From NCBI GenBank assembly GCA_044379435.1, contig JBIPOH010000001.1, positions 1 to 41,089 on the forward strand: a DNA stretch of 41,089 nt, written 5' to 3'. The notes beneath the pieces were generated by a model. The model had not been told where the DNA came from. It worked only from the letters and a program-made list of their open reading frames with translations, and ran no database searches. The DNA comes from Novosphingobium sp. GTDB taxonomy: Bacteria > Pseudomonadota > Alphaproteobacteria > Sphingomonadales > Sphingomonadaceae. A program made the translations under genes and the position numbers. This document shows positions 33,953 to 41,089 of this stretch, in pieces; the first letter of the stretch is position 1, and each line of letters opens with the position of its first letter.

Positions 33953-34309
33953 ATGCTGAAGAACACCCTGCCGAAGAACGCCCTGATCGCCGCCAGCCTT
34001 GCCAGCTTCGCCCTTGCTGCCCAGCCCGCGCTGGCCTCCGCCGCCGCCCCGGCGCAGGCCGACCGCGAGGTGCAGCACCGCATGGTCAGCTATGCCGATC
34101 TCGACCTTTCGACCGCCGGCGGTCAGGCGAAATTCGATGCCCGCCTGCGCCGCGCCGCCGCTACGGTGTGCGAAGCGAACTACGGCCCCCATCCGCTGAC
34201 CGAGGCGATGGAAGCGCGCCGCTGCTATCGGGATGCGCTGCAATCGGCGCAGCGCACGATGGCCAATCGCGGCGCAGACCTGAGCGCCGTGCGGGTTGCT
34301 GCCCGCTGA
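33953..34309 (+). CDS. urcA: UrcA family periplasmic protein
   Basis: Signal peptide, VSYADLDLST.GG...ARLRRAAATVC and a second Cys (RRCY); AAGGA RBS. Confidence 0.88.
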   Translation: MLKNTLPKNALIAASLASFALAAQPALASAAAPAQADREVQHRMVSYADLDLSTAGGQAKFDARLRRAAATVCEANYGPHPLTEAMEARRCYRDALQSAQRTMANRGADLSAVRVAAR

Positions 34310-34400
34310 GGCTGAGCCCGGTCGTTCAAGCCTTGTCCTTACGGATATCTCCAGACGTGTGAAGCAGCCGGCATCCAGTCCCAGCCGCTGCCGCCGGTGA

Positions 34401-34460
34401 GGGTCGCCGCCAGACCGAAGGTCCTGCCCCCGGGACCGGTCAGGCGGCGGCCCGCTTTTT
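34401..34460 (+). terminator. terminator hairpin after urcA
   Basis: GGGTCGCCGCC ... GGCGGCGGCCC-GCTTTTT with nested inner stems. Confidence 0.65.
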
Positions 34461-34984
34461 CAAGTTGCGACCCGTACGATGGCGGGGGCTGGCTCTTGGG
34501 CCTGCTTGCTGGCTTCGACATCGGACCATTCGCGCCACATCAGATCCACTCCGCCCAGCACACGATCATCGTGGGCGCGGATAGTGATCGGCAGGATCGG
34601 CATGCCATCGCGGCTGTCACACAGCACGGGATTGGCCGGGACGTTCATGGCCCACTTCTCACCCCACTGGCGCAGCGCCAGCATGGCGGGCAGCAGGTCC
34701 ATGCCCTTGGGCGTCAGCCGGTATTCGATCCTTCGGCGATCATCGGCGCAATGTTCGCGCTTGAGAATGCCCGCCTCAACCAGTCGTGAAAGCCGGTTGG
34801 AGAGGATGTTACGCGCGATGCCCAGCACTTCGAGAAACTCCTCGAAATGGCAGACTCCGTTGAACGAGGCGCGCAGGATCATGAAGGACCAGCGCTCCCC
34901 CATCGCTTCAAGCGCGCTTGGAAGGCCGCAAACGGCAAGATCGGCGAGGGACTCGCGAAGTTTTCCCATGACCCTTTGTGACAT
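34460..34984 (-). CDS. HxlR-family winged-helix transcriptional regulator
   Basis: C.LPSALEAMGERWSFMILR, GIARNILSNRL, EYRLTPKG and LRQWGEKW. Confidence 0.9.
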   Translation of the reverse strand: MSQRVMGKLRESLADLAVCGLPSALEAMGERWSFMILRASFNGVCHFEEFLEVLGIARNILSNRLSRLVEAGILKREHCADDRRRIEYRLTPKGMDLLPAMLALRQWGEKWAMNVPANPVLCDSRDGMPILPITIRAHDDRVLGGVDLMWREWSDVEASKQAQEPAPAIVRVAT

Positions 34985-35008
34985 ACCTCTATCTGGACGG
35001 CAATGTAA

Positions 35009-35057
35009 GTTTCTAGTTGCAACTCGAAACCTATTAAACTAGGTATCGATTCGCAAC
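35009..35057. promoter_or_regulatory. three GTTKC-N5-GMAAC palindromes (likely HxlR operators)
   Basis: GTTTC-tagtt-GCAAC (35009), GTTGC-aactc-GAAAC (35016) and GTATC-gattc-GCAAC (35043) in the divergent intergenic region. Confidence 0.6.
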
Positions 35058-35129
35058 GGAAATCGCATCCTCTCCCAACCCCGCAGTTTCCGGGCAAGCA
35101 TTTGTCAGACAAGACCAAGGGGAAATACC

Positions 35130-35480
35130 ATGATCGCCACCCGCAACAGCCTGTTCGCCCAGCTTTTCCCGGGCGTTCTCGCGCTGGTGGGCACCGCCGC
35201 CACATTCACCGCCACAGCCACGCCAGTGCAAGCCGCAAGCGGCAATGCCTATTACTCGGTGACGCTCGCCGCGCCGGTAGCGCAGCCTGCCAAGCTCATG
35301 CTCGGCGATGTGCTGTGGAACTGCGCTGGGGCGGAATGCTCTGCCGCGCAAGACAGCGCCCGCCCGGTCGTCGTGTGCACCAAGCTCGCCGCCAAGGTGG
35401 GCCAGGTCAGCCGCTTCGCCACCCCCAAGGGCGAACTCGCGGCCGAAGATATTGCCCGCTGCAACACGCCCAAGGGCTAA
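35130..35480 (+). CDS. small exported 4-Cys protein (CC_3452-like)
   Basis: Signal peptide, WNCAGAEC, VVCTKLAAKVGQV..F and ARCN; AAGGGG RBS. Confidence 0.75.
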   Translation: MIATRNSLFAQLFPGVLALVGTAATFTATATPVQAASGNAYYSVTLAAPVAQPAKLMLGDVLWNCAGAECSAAQDSARPVVVCTKLAAKVGQVSRFATPKGELAAEDIARCNTPKG

Positions 35481-35556
35481 TCACAGCGCACCTATTCCGT
35501 TTCCAACCGGCTCTTCAGCGCGCATTCCACCCACACCCTGAAAGCGCGCCCCTCAC

Positions 35557-35602
35557 ACGGCTGCGGCACCTGTCTCTCTGGACTGGCCGCAGCCGTTTTT
35601 TT
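35557..35602 (+). terminator. Rho-independent terminator
   Basis: ACGGCTGCGGC ... GCCGCAGCCGT-TTTTTT. Confidence 0.8.
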
Positions 35603-35657
35603 GTGCGCGCCGCTTTTGAAGCTGACGCCCGGCCGGGACGCGCCTATGGTGCCGGAA

Positions 35658-36350
35658 ATGCTGCGTATCCTCCTCGCCGCCGCGCTGATCCTTGCGCTTC
35701 CCGCCGCACCGCTGGTGGCCGCGCCGCCCCTTGGCCCAAACACGCCAGATGCCGCGTTGCAAGCCGATCTCCATTGCGCCGCTGCCTTTGCCATTGCCGC
35801 TTCCGAACAGACGCGCGGCAGCGCCGCTGCGCTGGCACTTCCGCCGCTGGCCGTGCGCGGCAAGCGCTTCTTTGCCGATGTCGGAGCGCGCGCGGTGGAG
35901 CAGGGCGGCATGACGCAAGCGGCCGTGCGCGATCTGCTGGTGGCCGAGGTGACCACCATGCAGCGCCGCGCCGCCGCCAATCCGGATACGCAACTGGCAG
36001 CCGAAGTGCGGCCCTGCCTCGCCCGGCTCGATGCCGCAGTGCCCCCGCTGCAAACGCCCGATCTGGCCCAGTGCGCCGCGATCCTCACGCTGGCCTGGGA
36101 AGAGGAGCGCGCAAGGGCCCCACAAGGCACGGCGGCGCGCGATCTGCAGACGCTGGCGCAAGTGCTGACCACGCGCGCCCGCGCAGGCTTCATCGCCGCG
36201 GGCCAGAGCAGCGATAATGCCGATGCCGCAGTGCTGGCCGCGCGCGATGCGATCCGCACCGAAGCCGCCAGCCGCCCCGGCGGCGTGGACAACTACAATA
36301 TCGTGCATTGCTATGACCTCGCCGCACCGGATGCGAAATCCCACTACTAA
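35658..36350 (+). CDS. hypothetical exported protein with an internally duplicated Cys-containing domain
   Basis: Signal peptide; DLHCAAAF...RPCL and DLAQCAAIL...HCY halves; start at 35646 or 35658. Confidence 0.7.
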   Translation: MLRILLAAALILALPAAPLVAAPPLGPNTPDAALQADLHCAAAFAIAASEQTRGSAAALALPPLAVRGKRFFADVGARAVEQGGMTQAAVRDLLVAEVTTMQRRAAANPDTQLAAEVRPCLARLDAAVPPLQTPDLAQCAAILTLAWEEERARAPQGTAARDLQTLAQVLTTRARAGFIAAGQSSDNADAAVLAARDAIRTEAASRPGGVDNYNIVHCYDLAAPDAKSHY

Positions 36351-36404
36351 AAGGGCGCAATTGCGGTAGATTGCTGGCCGCATTCTGGCTTGGGGGGACA
36401 AGAC

Positions 36405-37400
36405 GTGGAAGCAGTGCTGATCCTGATCGTCGGGCTCGCGGTGGTTTATCTGGCCACCGGCATACGCGTGGTGCGGCAGGGACATGTCTATACAATCGAA
36501 CGGCTGGGCCGTTATTCGCTCGCCGCGCAGCCGGGGCTCCATTTCATCGTGCCATTCATCGACCGGGTCGGTCACAAGGTGAACATGATGGAGCAGGTGC
36601 TCGATATTCCCGGGCAGGAGATCATCACGCGTGACAACGCGATGGTCGGCGTTGATGCGATCGTGTTCTTCCAGGTGCTCGATGCGGGCAAGGCGGCCTA
36701 CGAAGTTTCGAACCTCTATGTCGCGATCATGCAGCTGACGACGACGAACCTGCGCACGGTGATGGGCTCGATGGACCTCGACGAGACGCTGTCGAAGCGC
36801 GACGAAATCAACGCCCGGCTGCTCGCGGTCGTCGATCATGCCACCTCGCCGTGGGGGCTCAAGATCGTCCGGGTCGAAATCAAGGATATCCGCCCGCCCG
36901 CCGATATATCCAACGCGATGGCGCGCCAGATGAAGGCGGAGCGCGAGAAGCGCGCGCAAATCCTTGAAGCCGAAGGATCGCGCGCTTCGGAAATCCTGCG
37001 CGCCGAGGGTGAGAAGCAGGCCCAGATCCTTGAGGCTGAAGGGCGGCGCGAGGCCGCGTTCCGCGATGCCGAGGCGCGCGAACGTGCAGCGGAAGCCGAG
37101 GCGCGCGCAACGGCAGTTGTTTCGGATGCCATTGCCTCGTCCGGCACGCAGGCACTGAACTACTTCATCGCGCAGAAGTATGTGGAGGCAGTGAAGGAGT
37201 TCGCGACTTCGCCCAATGCCAAGACGATCCTGTTCCCGATCGAGGCGACGCAACTGGTCGGCGCGCTGGGCGGGATCGGCGATCTGCTGGGAGATGCGCT
37301 GAGCCCGAAACCGGGTTCGCCGCCAGCCAGCCCCCGCGTGCCGCGCGTGGTGCCGACCCCGCCCCAGAATCCGGCTCCTCCGCCTCCGGTGCAGGGCTGA
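36405..37400 (+). CDS. SPFH/band-7 (stomatin-like, QmcA-type) protein
   Basis: IERLGRY...PGLHFIVPFIDRV, QEIITRDNA, NLRTVMGSMDLDE and QMKAEREKRA; Pro-rich tail; GTG 36405. Confidence 0.93.
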   Translation: MEAVLILIVGLAVVYLATGIRVVRQGHVYTIERLGRYSLAAQPGLHFIVPFIDRVGHKVNMMEQVLDIPGQEIITRDNAMVGVDAIVFFQVLDAGKAAYEVSNLYVAIMQLTTTNLRTVMGSMDLDETLSKRDEINARLLAVVDHATSPWGLKIVRVEIKDIRPPADISNAMARQMKAEREKRAQILEAEGSRASEILRAEGEKQAQILEAEGRREAAFRDAEARERAAEAEARATAVVSDAIASSGTQALNYFIAQKYVEAVKEFATSPNAKTILFPIEATQLVGALGGIGDLLGDALSPKPGSPPASPRVPRVVPTPPQNPAPPPPVQG

Positions 37401-37404
37401 TCCC

Positions 37405-37866
37405 GTGGCGCAGCTGAGCGAGCTTTTTGGTCTCCCTGCTGGCCTGCATTGGGGCTGGATGGCGCTGGGCGTGGCGCTGGCCATCGCCGAGATCGTTGCA
37501 CCAGGCTATTTCCTGATCTGGCTAGCGGCTGCAGCGCTACTGACAGGGCTGGTTTCAGCGGCCATGCCGATTGGGCTGGAAGCCGAAATCGTGCTGTTCG
37601 TGGTGCTGTGCGCGCTGGCCATGGCGGCAGGGCGGCGCTGGATGCTGCGCCACCCGGTGGCCAGCGCAGACCCCATGCTCAATGACCGGGGCGGGCAGCT
37701 TGTCGGCCAGAGCGTGCTGGTGACTCATGTCATCGAAGGTGGCAGCGGGCGTGTGCGCCACGGCGATACCGAATGGCTGGCGCGCGGCCCCGATGCCCAG
37801 CCCGGCACCCGTATGCGCGTAACGGGCGCTGAAGGCACCGTGCTGGTGGTCGAACACTTGCACTGA
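37405..37866 (+). CDS. NfeD-family protein (YbbJ-like partner of SPFH)
   Basis: TM helices with AEIVAPG, LNDRGGQLVG and OB-fold GRVRHGDTEW. Confidence 0.9.
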   Translation: MAQLSELFGLPAGLHWGWMALGVALAIAEIVAPGYFLIWLAAAALLTGLVSAAMPIGLEAEIVLFVVLCALAMAAGRRWMLRHPVASADPMLNDRGGQLVGQSVLVTHVIEGGSGRVRHGDTEWLARGPDAQPGTRMRVTGAEGTVLVVEHLH

Positions 37867-37944
37867 AGCCCCGCTTGCCGAGCGCGCGGGACTTTCCCAT
37901 ATGGAGCGATATACCCCGTTTTCCTCCCCGAGACAGGACAAGCC

Positions 37945-38343
37945 ATGCCCGACAAGATGAACCTGACCGATGCCGAATGGCGCGCACGGCTCTCGCCCGA
38001 GCAATATCAGGTCCTGCGCCAGGGCGGCACCGAACGGGCCTTCACCGGCAAGTATGAGAAGAACAAGCTCACCGGCCAATATCACTGCGCCGGCTGCGGT
38101 GCGCCGCTGTTCGAATCCGCCACCAAGTACGAAAGCGGATCGGGCTGGCCCAGCTTCACCGCGCCGGTCGAACCCGAAGCGGTCGATGAACACCGCGACG
38201 TGAGCCACGGCATGATCCGCACCGAAGTGCGCTGCGCGCGCTGCGACGGGCATCTCGGCCATGTGTTCCCCGATGGCCCCGGGCCCACCGGCCTGCGCTA
38301 TTGCATGAACAGCGCAGCGCTAGAGTTCACACCCGAGGACTGA
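37945..38343 (+). CDS. msrB: peptide-methionine (R)-S-oxide reductase
   Basis: [33 protein letters not shown] and RYCMNS. Confidence 0.97.
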   Translation: MPDKMNLTDAEWRARLSPEQYQVLRQGGTERAFTGKYEKNKLTGQYHCAGCGAPLFESATKYESGSGWPSFTAPVEPEAVDEHRDVSHGMIRTEVRCARCDGHLGHVFPDGPGPTGLRYCMNSAALEFTPED

Positions 38344-38414
38344 AACGGCGCGCCCTGAAGCAGGATCACAGCTTCAGGGTTAACGCTGCGTTCCAAATCA
38401 CCTATGCATGAAGA

Positions 38415-38448
38415 CCCGAACGGGAGTACGGCCCAAACGGGAGTACGG
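38415..38448. repeat. 17-bp tandem duplication
   Basis: CCCGAACGGGAGTACGG followed by CCCAAACGGGAGTACGG (one mismatch). Confidence 0.8.
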
Positions 38449-38483
38449 GTTCGCCGTCGCATGTGGGAGCTGATGCAAAGCTG

Positions 38484-40610
38484 ATGGCCAGACGGGACTT
38501 TCCCCGCCGCTCCGAGCCGGAGCGCAACGCATCGCGCCGTTCGCCGGAACCGCAGGAGCCTTCGTTCCTCCGCCGCTGGCTGAGCCGCCTGTTCGTGTGG
38601 GGCACTGCGTTCGCACTGCTCGGCGCGCTGGCGCTGGCGGTGGCGGTGTTCATCACCGTGCAATCGCTGCCCAGCTACGACCGGATGAAATCCACCCAAA
38701 GCGGCCAGACCATCGTGGTGCGCGCCAACGATGGCTCGGAAATCGTCACGCTCGGGCCCAGCTACGGGCGCTGGGTGCCTTACGAGCGAATTCCCTCGGT
38801 GCTCAAAGATGCGATGATCTCGGTCGAGGACCGGCGCTTCCGCGCTCACTGGGGCGTCGATCCCATCGGCATCGTGCGCTCGGTGGTGGTGCGCATCCAG
38901 ACCGGGCGCTGGCGGCAGGGCGGCTCCACGATCACGCAGCAGCTGGCGCGCAACATCTTCCTCAATAACAGCCGCACCTTCGACCGGAAAATCCGCGAGG
39001 CGCTGCTGGCCATGGCGATCGAGCAGAAGTTCACCAAGGACCAGGTGCTCGAACTCTATCTCAACAAGGTCTATTTCGGCGGCGGTGCGTATGGCATCGA
39101 TTCCGCCGCGCGCAAATTCTTCGGCCACTCGGGCGAACAGCTGAGCATGGGCGAAGCGGCGATCATCGCAGGCCTCGTCAAGGCGCCTTCGCACTATTCG
39201 CCCACCGCCGATGCCAAGGCCGCGATCGACCGGGCCAAGGTGGTGGTGCAAACCATGCAGGCCGCCGGCAAGATCACCCCGGCTGAGGCCGCAGCCATCG
39301 ATCTCAAGGCGGTGAAGCTCGCCGCCGAACAGGGCCAGAATTCGGCGCGCTACTTCACCGATTGGGTGCTGCCGCAGCTCGATCTGCTGCTGCCCGACAA
39401 CGACCAGCCAATCGAGGTGTGGACCACGCTCGATCCCGCCGCCCAGCACGCCGCCACCGATGCCATTCAGGCCAATGTGCCCAAGGGCTCGCAAGGCGCG
39501 CTGGTCAGCCTTGACCGGGATGGCGCAGTGCTGGCGATGGTCGGCGGCACTGATTACGTCACCTCGAACTACAACCGCGCGGTCAATGCCGTGCGCCAGC
39601 CGGGCTCGGCGTGGAAGCTGTTCGTCTATCTCGCCGCGCTGGAGGCGGGCTATACCCCCGATGCCAAAGTGGTGGACGAGCCCGTGACCATCGACGGCTG
39701 GAGCCCGCGCAATTCTGGCGGCACGTATGCCGGGCCGATCGATGTGCGCAGCGCTTTTGCCTATTCGAAAAACACGGTGGCCGCTCAGCTTGGCAACGAA
39801 GTGGGCTTCGGCGCGGTGGCCAACATGGCGCGCCGCTTCGGGATCACCACGCCGATCAACACCCTGCCCTCGATGGTGCTCGGCTCGTCCGATGTGCGCG
39901 TCATCGACATGGTGCGCGCCTTTGCCGCCGTGCAGGCCAAGGGCAGCGCGGTCACGCCCTTTGGCATCCGCAAGATCACCACGACCGAGGGCGAAGTGCT
40001 ATACAGCCACCGTCCCGATCCGGCGCAGCAGCTGGTGCCCAGCTATGTCGCCGCAGGAATCACCGATCTGCTGCAATCAGCCGTCAGCATCGGCACCGGG
40101 CGCGCCGCGCAGATCGGACGGCCCGTGGCGGGCAAGACCGGCACCACCAGCTCCAACAAGGACGGCTGGTTCCTCGGCTTTTCCAGCGGCATCACCACTG
40201 GCGTGTGGATGGGCCGCGATGATGCGCGCGCCGTCCCCGGCCTGCAGGGCGGCACCGCGCCCGCGCGCGCCTTTGCTGCCTACATGAAAGTCGCCACGGC
40301 CAAGCGCCCGCCCGAAAAGTTCGACACCGATCTCAAGCTGCCGCAGTGGCAGCTCGAACCGGATGACGAGGCGATGCAGGCCAATCCCGATGGCTACTTC
40401 TATGCCGATCCCGATGGCAACATCATCGAACCCGGCGCACAACGCATGCCGGGAGCTGATGGCGCTGCGCCCGGCGGCGAGCAGGGCATTCCGGTGCCCG
40501 AAGGCGTGCCGGCAGCAGCTGGTGACGATTTCCTCAATCGCGCCACCGGGCGGCAGGCAGAACCGCCGCGGCCCCGTCCACGTCCTTCCCAAGGCGCAAA
40601 GCCCAACTGA
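38484..40610 (+). CDS. class A penicillin-binding protein (PBP1A family, transglycosylase-transpeptidase)
   Basis: EDRRF.H.GVD, GGSTITQQLARN, RKIRE and YLN glycosyltransferase motifs; SAWK, SKN and KTG transpeptidase motifs; N-terminal TM. Confidence 0.95.
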   Translation: MARRDFPRRSEPERNASRRSPEPQEPSFLRRWLSRLFVWGTAFALLGALALAVAVFITVQSLPSYDRMKSTQSGQTIVVRANDGSEIVTLGPSYGRWVPYERIPSVLKDAMISVEDRRFRAHWGVDPIGIVRSVVVRIQTGRWRQGGSTITQQLARNIFLNNSRTFDRKIREALLAMAIEQKFTKDQVLELYLNKVYFGGGAYGIDSAARKFFGHSGEQLSMGEAAIIAGLVKAPSHYSPTADAKAAIDRAKVVVQTMQAAGKITPAEAAAIDLKAVKLAAEQGQNSARYFTDWVLPQLDLLLPDNDQPIEVWTTLDPAAQHAATDAIQANVPKGSQGALVSLDRDGAVLAMVGGTDYVTSNYNRAVNAVRQPGSAWKLFVYLAALEAGYTPDAKVVDEPVTIDGWSPRNSGGTYAGPIDVRSAFAYSKNTVAAQLGNEVGFGAVANMARRFGITTPINTLPSMVLGSSDVRVIDMVRAFAAVQAKGSAVTPFGIRKITTTEGEVLYSHRPDPAQQLVPSYVAAGITDLLQSAVSIGTGRAAQIGRPVAGKTGTTSSNKDGWFLGFSSGITTGVWMGRDDARAVPGLQGGTAPARAFAAYMKVATAKRPPEKFDTDLKLPQWQLEPDDEAMQANPDGYFYADPDGNIIEPGAQRMPGADGAAPGGEQGIPVPEGVPAAAGDDFLNRATGRQAEPPRPRPRPSQGAKPN

Positions 40611-40638
40611 GCAAGCGTGACCCGCGATTGCGGGTTGC

Positions 40639-41064
40639 TCATCCCTCGCGCTTGAGCACGCCGCTGCCGGCAACGCCAACCAGAAACAGACCGAGCGCGA
40701 GCGAATTGGGCACCAGGTTCAGCCCGAAGCCGGTGAGCACCGACAAAGTGCTGTCGAGCGCATACCACACCAACATCGCGGCGGTTGCGGCCACCCACAG
40801 CGGCCGACCGTCGCGCCCGATTGCGATAGCTTGTCGCACCACCAGCCAGAGCATCACCATCCAGCCAAGGAACACGCCGCCAAGAACTCCGGTCGTGAAA
40901 CGCGCAGCAGGGGTCAGTTCGGCGGCTGGCCCCATGCTGACAAGCGAGAGACCCAGCCGCAACGGTGCATCGGTGGCGGGCAATGCGCCGCCCGCCACCA
41001 GCAACGCGAACAGGATCATCGATATCAGCCAGAGCCGGAACCAGGCTTGCCAGAAAGGGCGCAT
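40639..41064 (-). CDS. hypothetical membrane protein
   Basis: 141 aa with four TM segments and WYALDSTLS; GAGGAG RBS upstream. Confidence 0.75.
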   Translation of the reverse strand: MRPFWQAWFRLWLISMILFALLVAGGALPATDAPLRLGLSLVSMGPAAELTPAARFTTGVLGGVFLGWMVMLWLVVRQAIAIGRDGRPLWVAATAAMLVWYALDSTLSVLTGFGLNLVPNSLALGLFLVGVAGSGVLKREG

Positions 41065-41089
41065 GCAGGGGGTCTCCTCAGATTCCGGA

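Noticed and set aside
35553-37484. 643-aa minus-strand ORF
   Set aside because: Antisense to the SPFH gene and the upstream exported protein; no recognisable domain
38380-38394. Possible CtrA box upstream of the PBP gene (TTAA-N7-TTCC)
   Set aside because: Only one good half-site

Overview
A GC-rich alphaproteobacterial chromosome segment. Its gene content (UrcA and CC_3452-type proteins, a DUF4136 pair, a cysteine-free L36, several TonB-dependent receptors) points to Sphingomonadaceae, probably Novosphingobium-like; this placement is an inference. Most of the window is ordinary housekeeping and accessory content: an alkyl sulfatase, a NDUFA9-like epimerase, tRNA-Leu(CAG), galE, rpmJ, pgeF, pepN, a threonine aldolase, SPFH/NfeD, msrB and a class A PBP. 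The most interesting part is a ~8 kb block directly downstream of tRNA-Leu (about 6304-14200). It holds (i) an operon for a periplasmic alpha-carbonic anhydrase, an AlgE-like outer-membrane barrel and a TonB-dependent receptor, (ii) an operon for a membrane-anchored stand-alone PDZ protein, an OmpR-family response regulator and a histidine kinase, and (iii) an unannotated ~88-nt sRNA candidate with C-rich anti-Shine-Dalgarno loops. All three units share one promoter architecture: a RTTACAG-N3-TKTAAY box (resembling the Caulobacter UzcR motif and CopR/CusR boxes) exactly 33 nt upstream of a TA-starting -10 hexamer. This suggests a self-contained stress regulon for metal, pH or CO2. The kinase appears to carry an in-frame deletion in its ATP-binding domain. 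Other items of note: a missed 41-aa membrane protein behind a CtrA-like box, triple iron-box-like operators on a siderophore receptor, an SGNH esterase-RTX fusion next to an atypical response regulator, and several REP-like palindromes.
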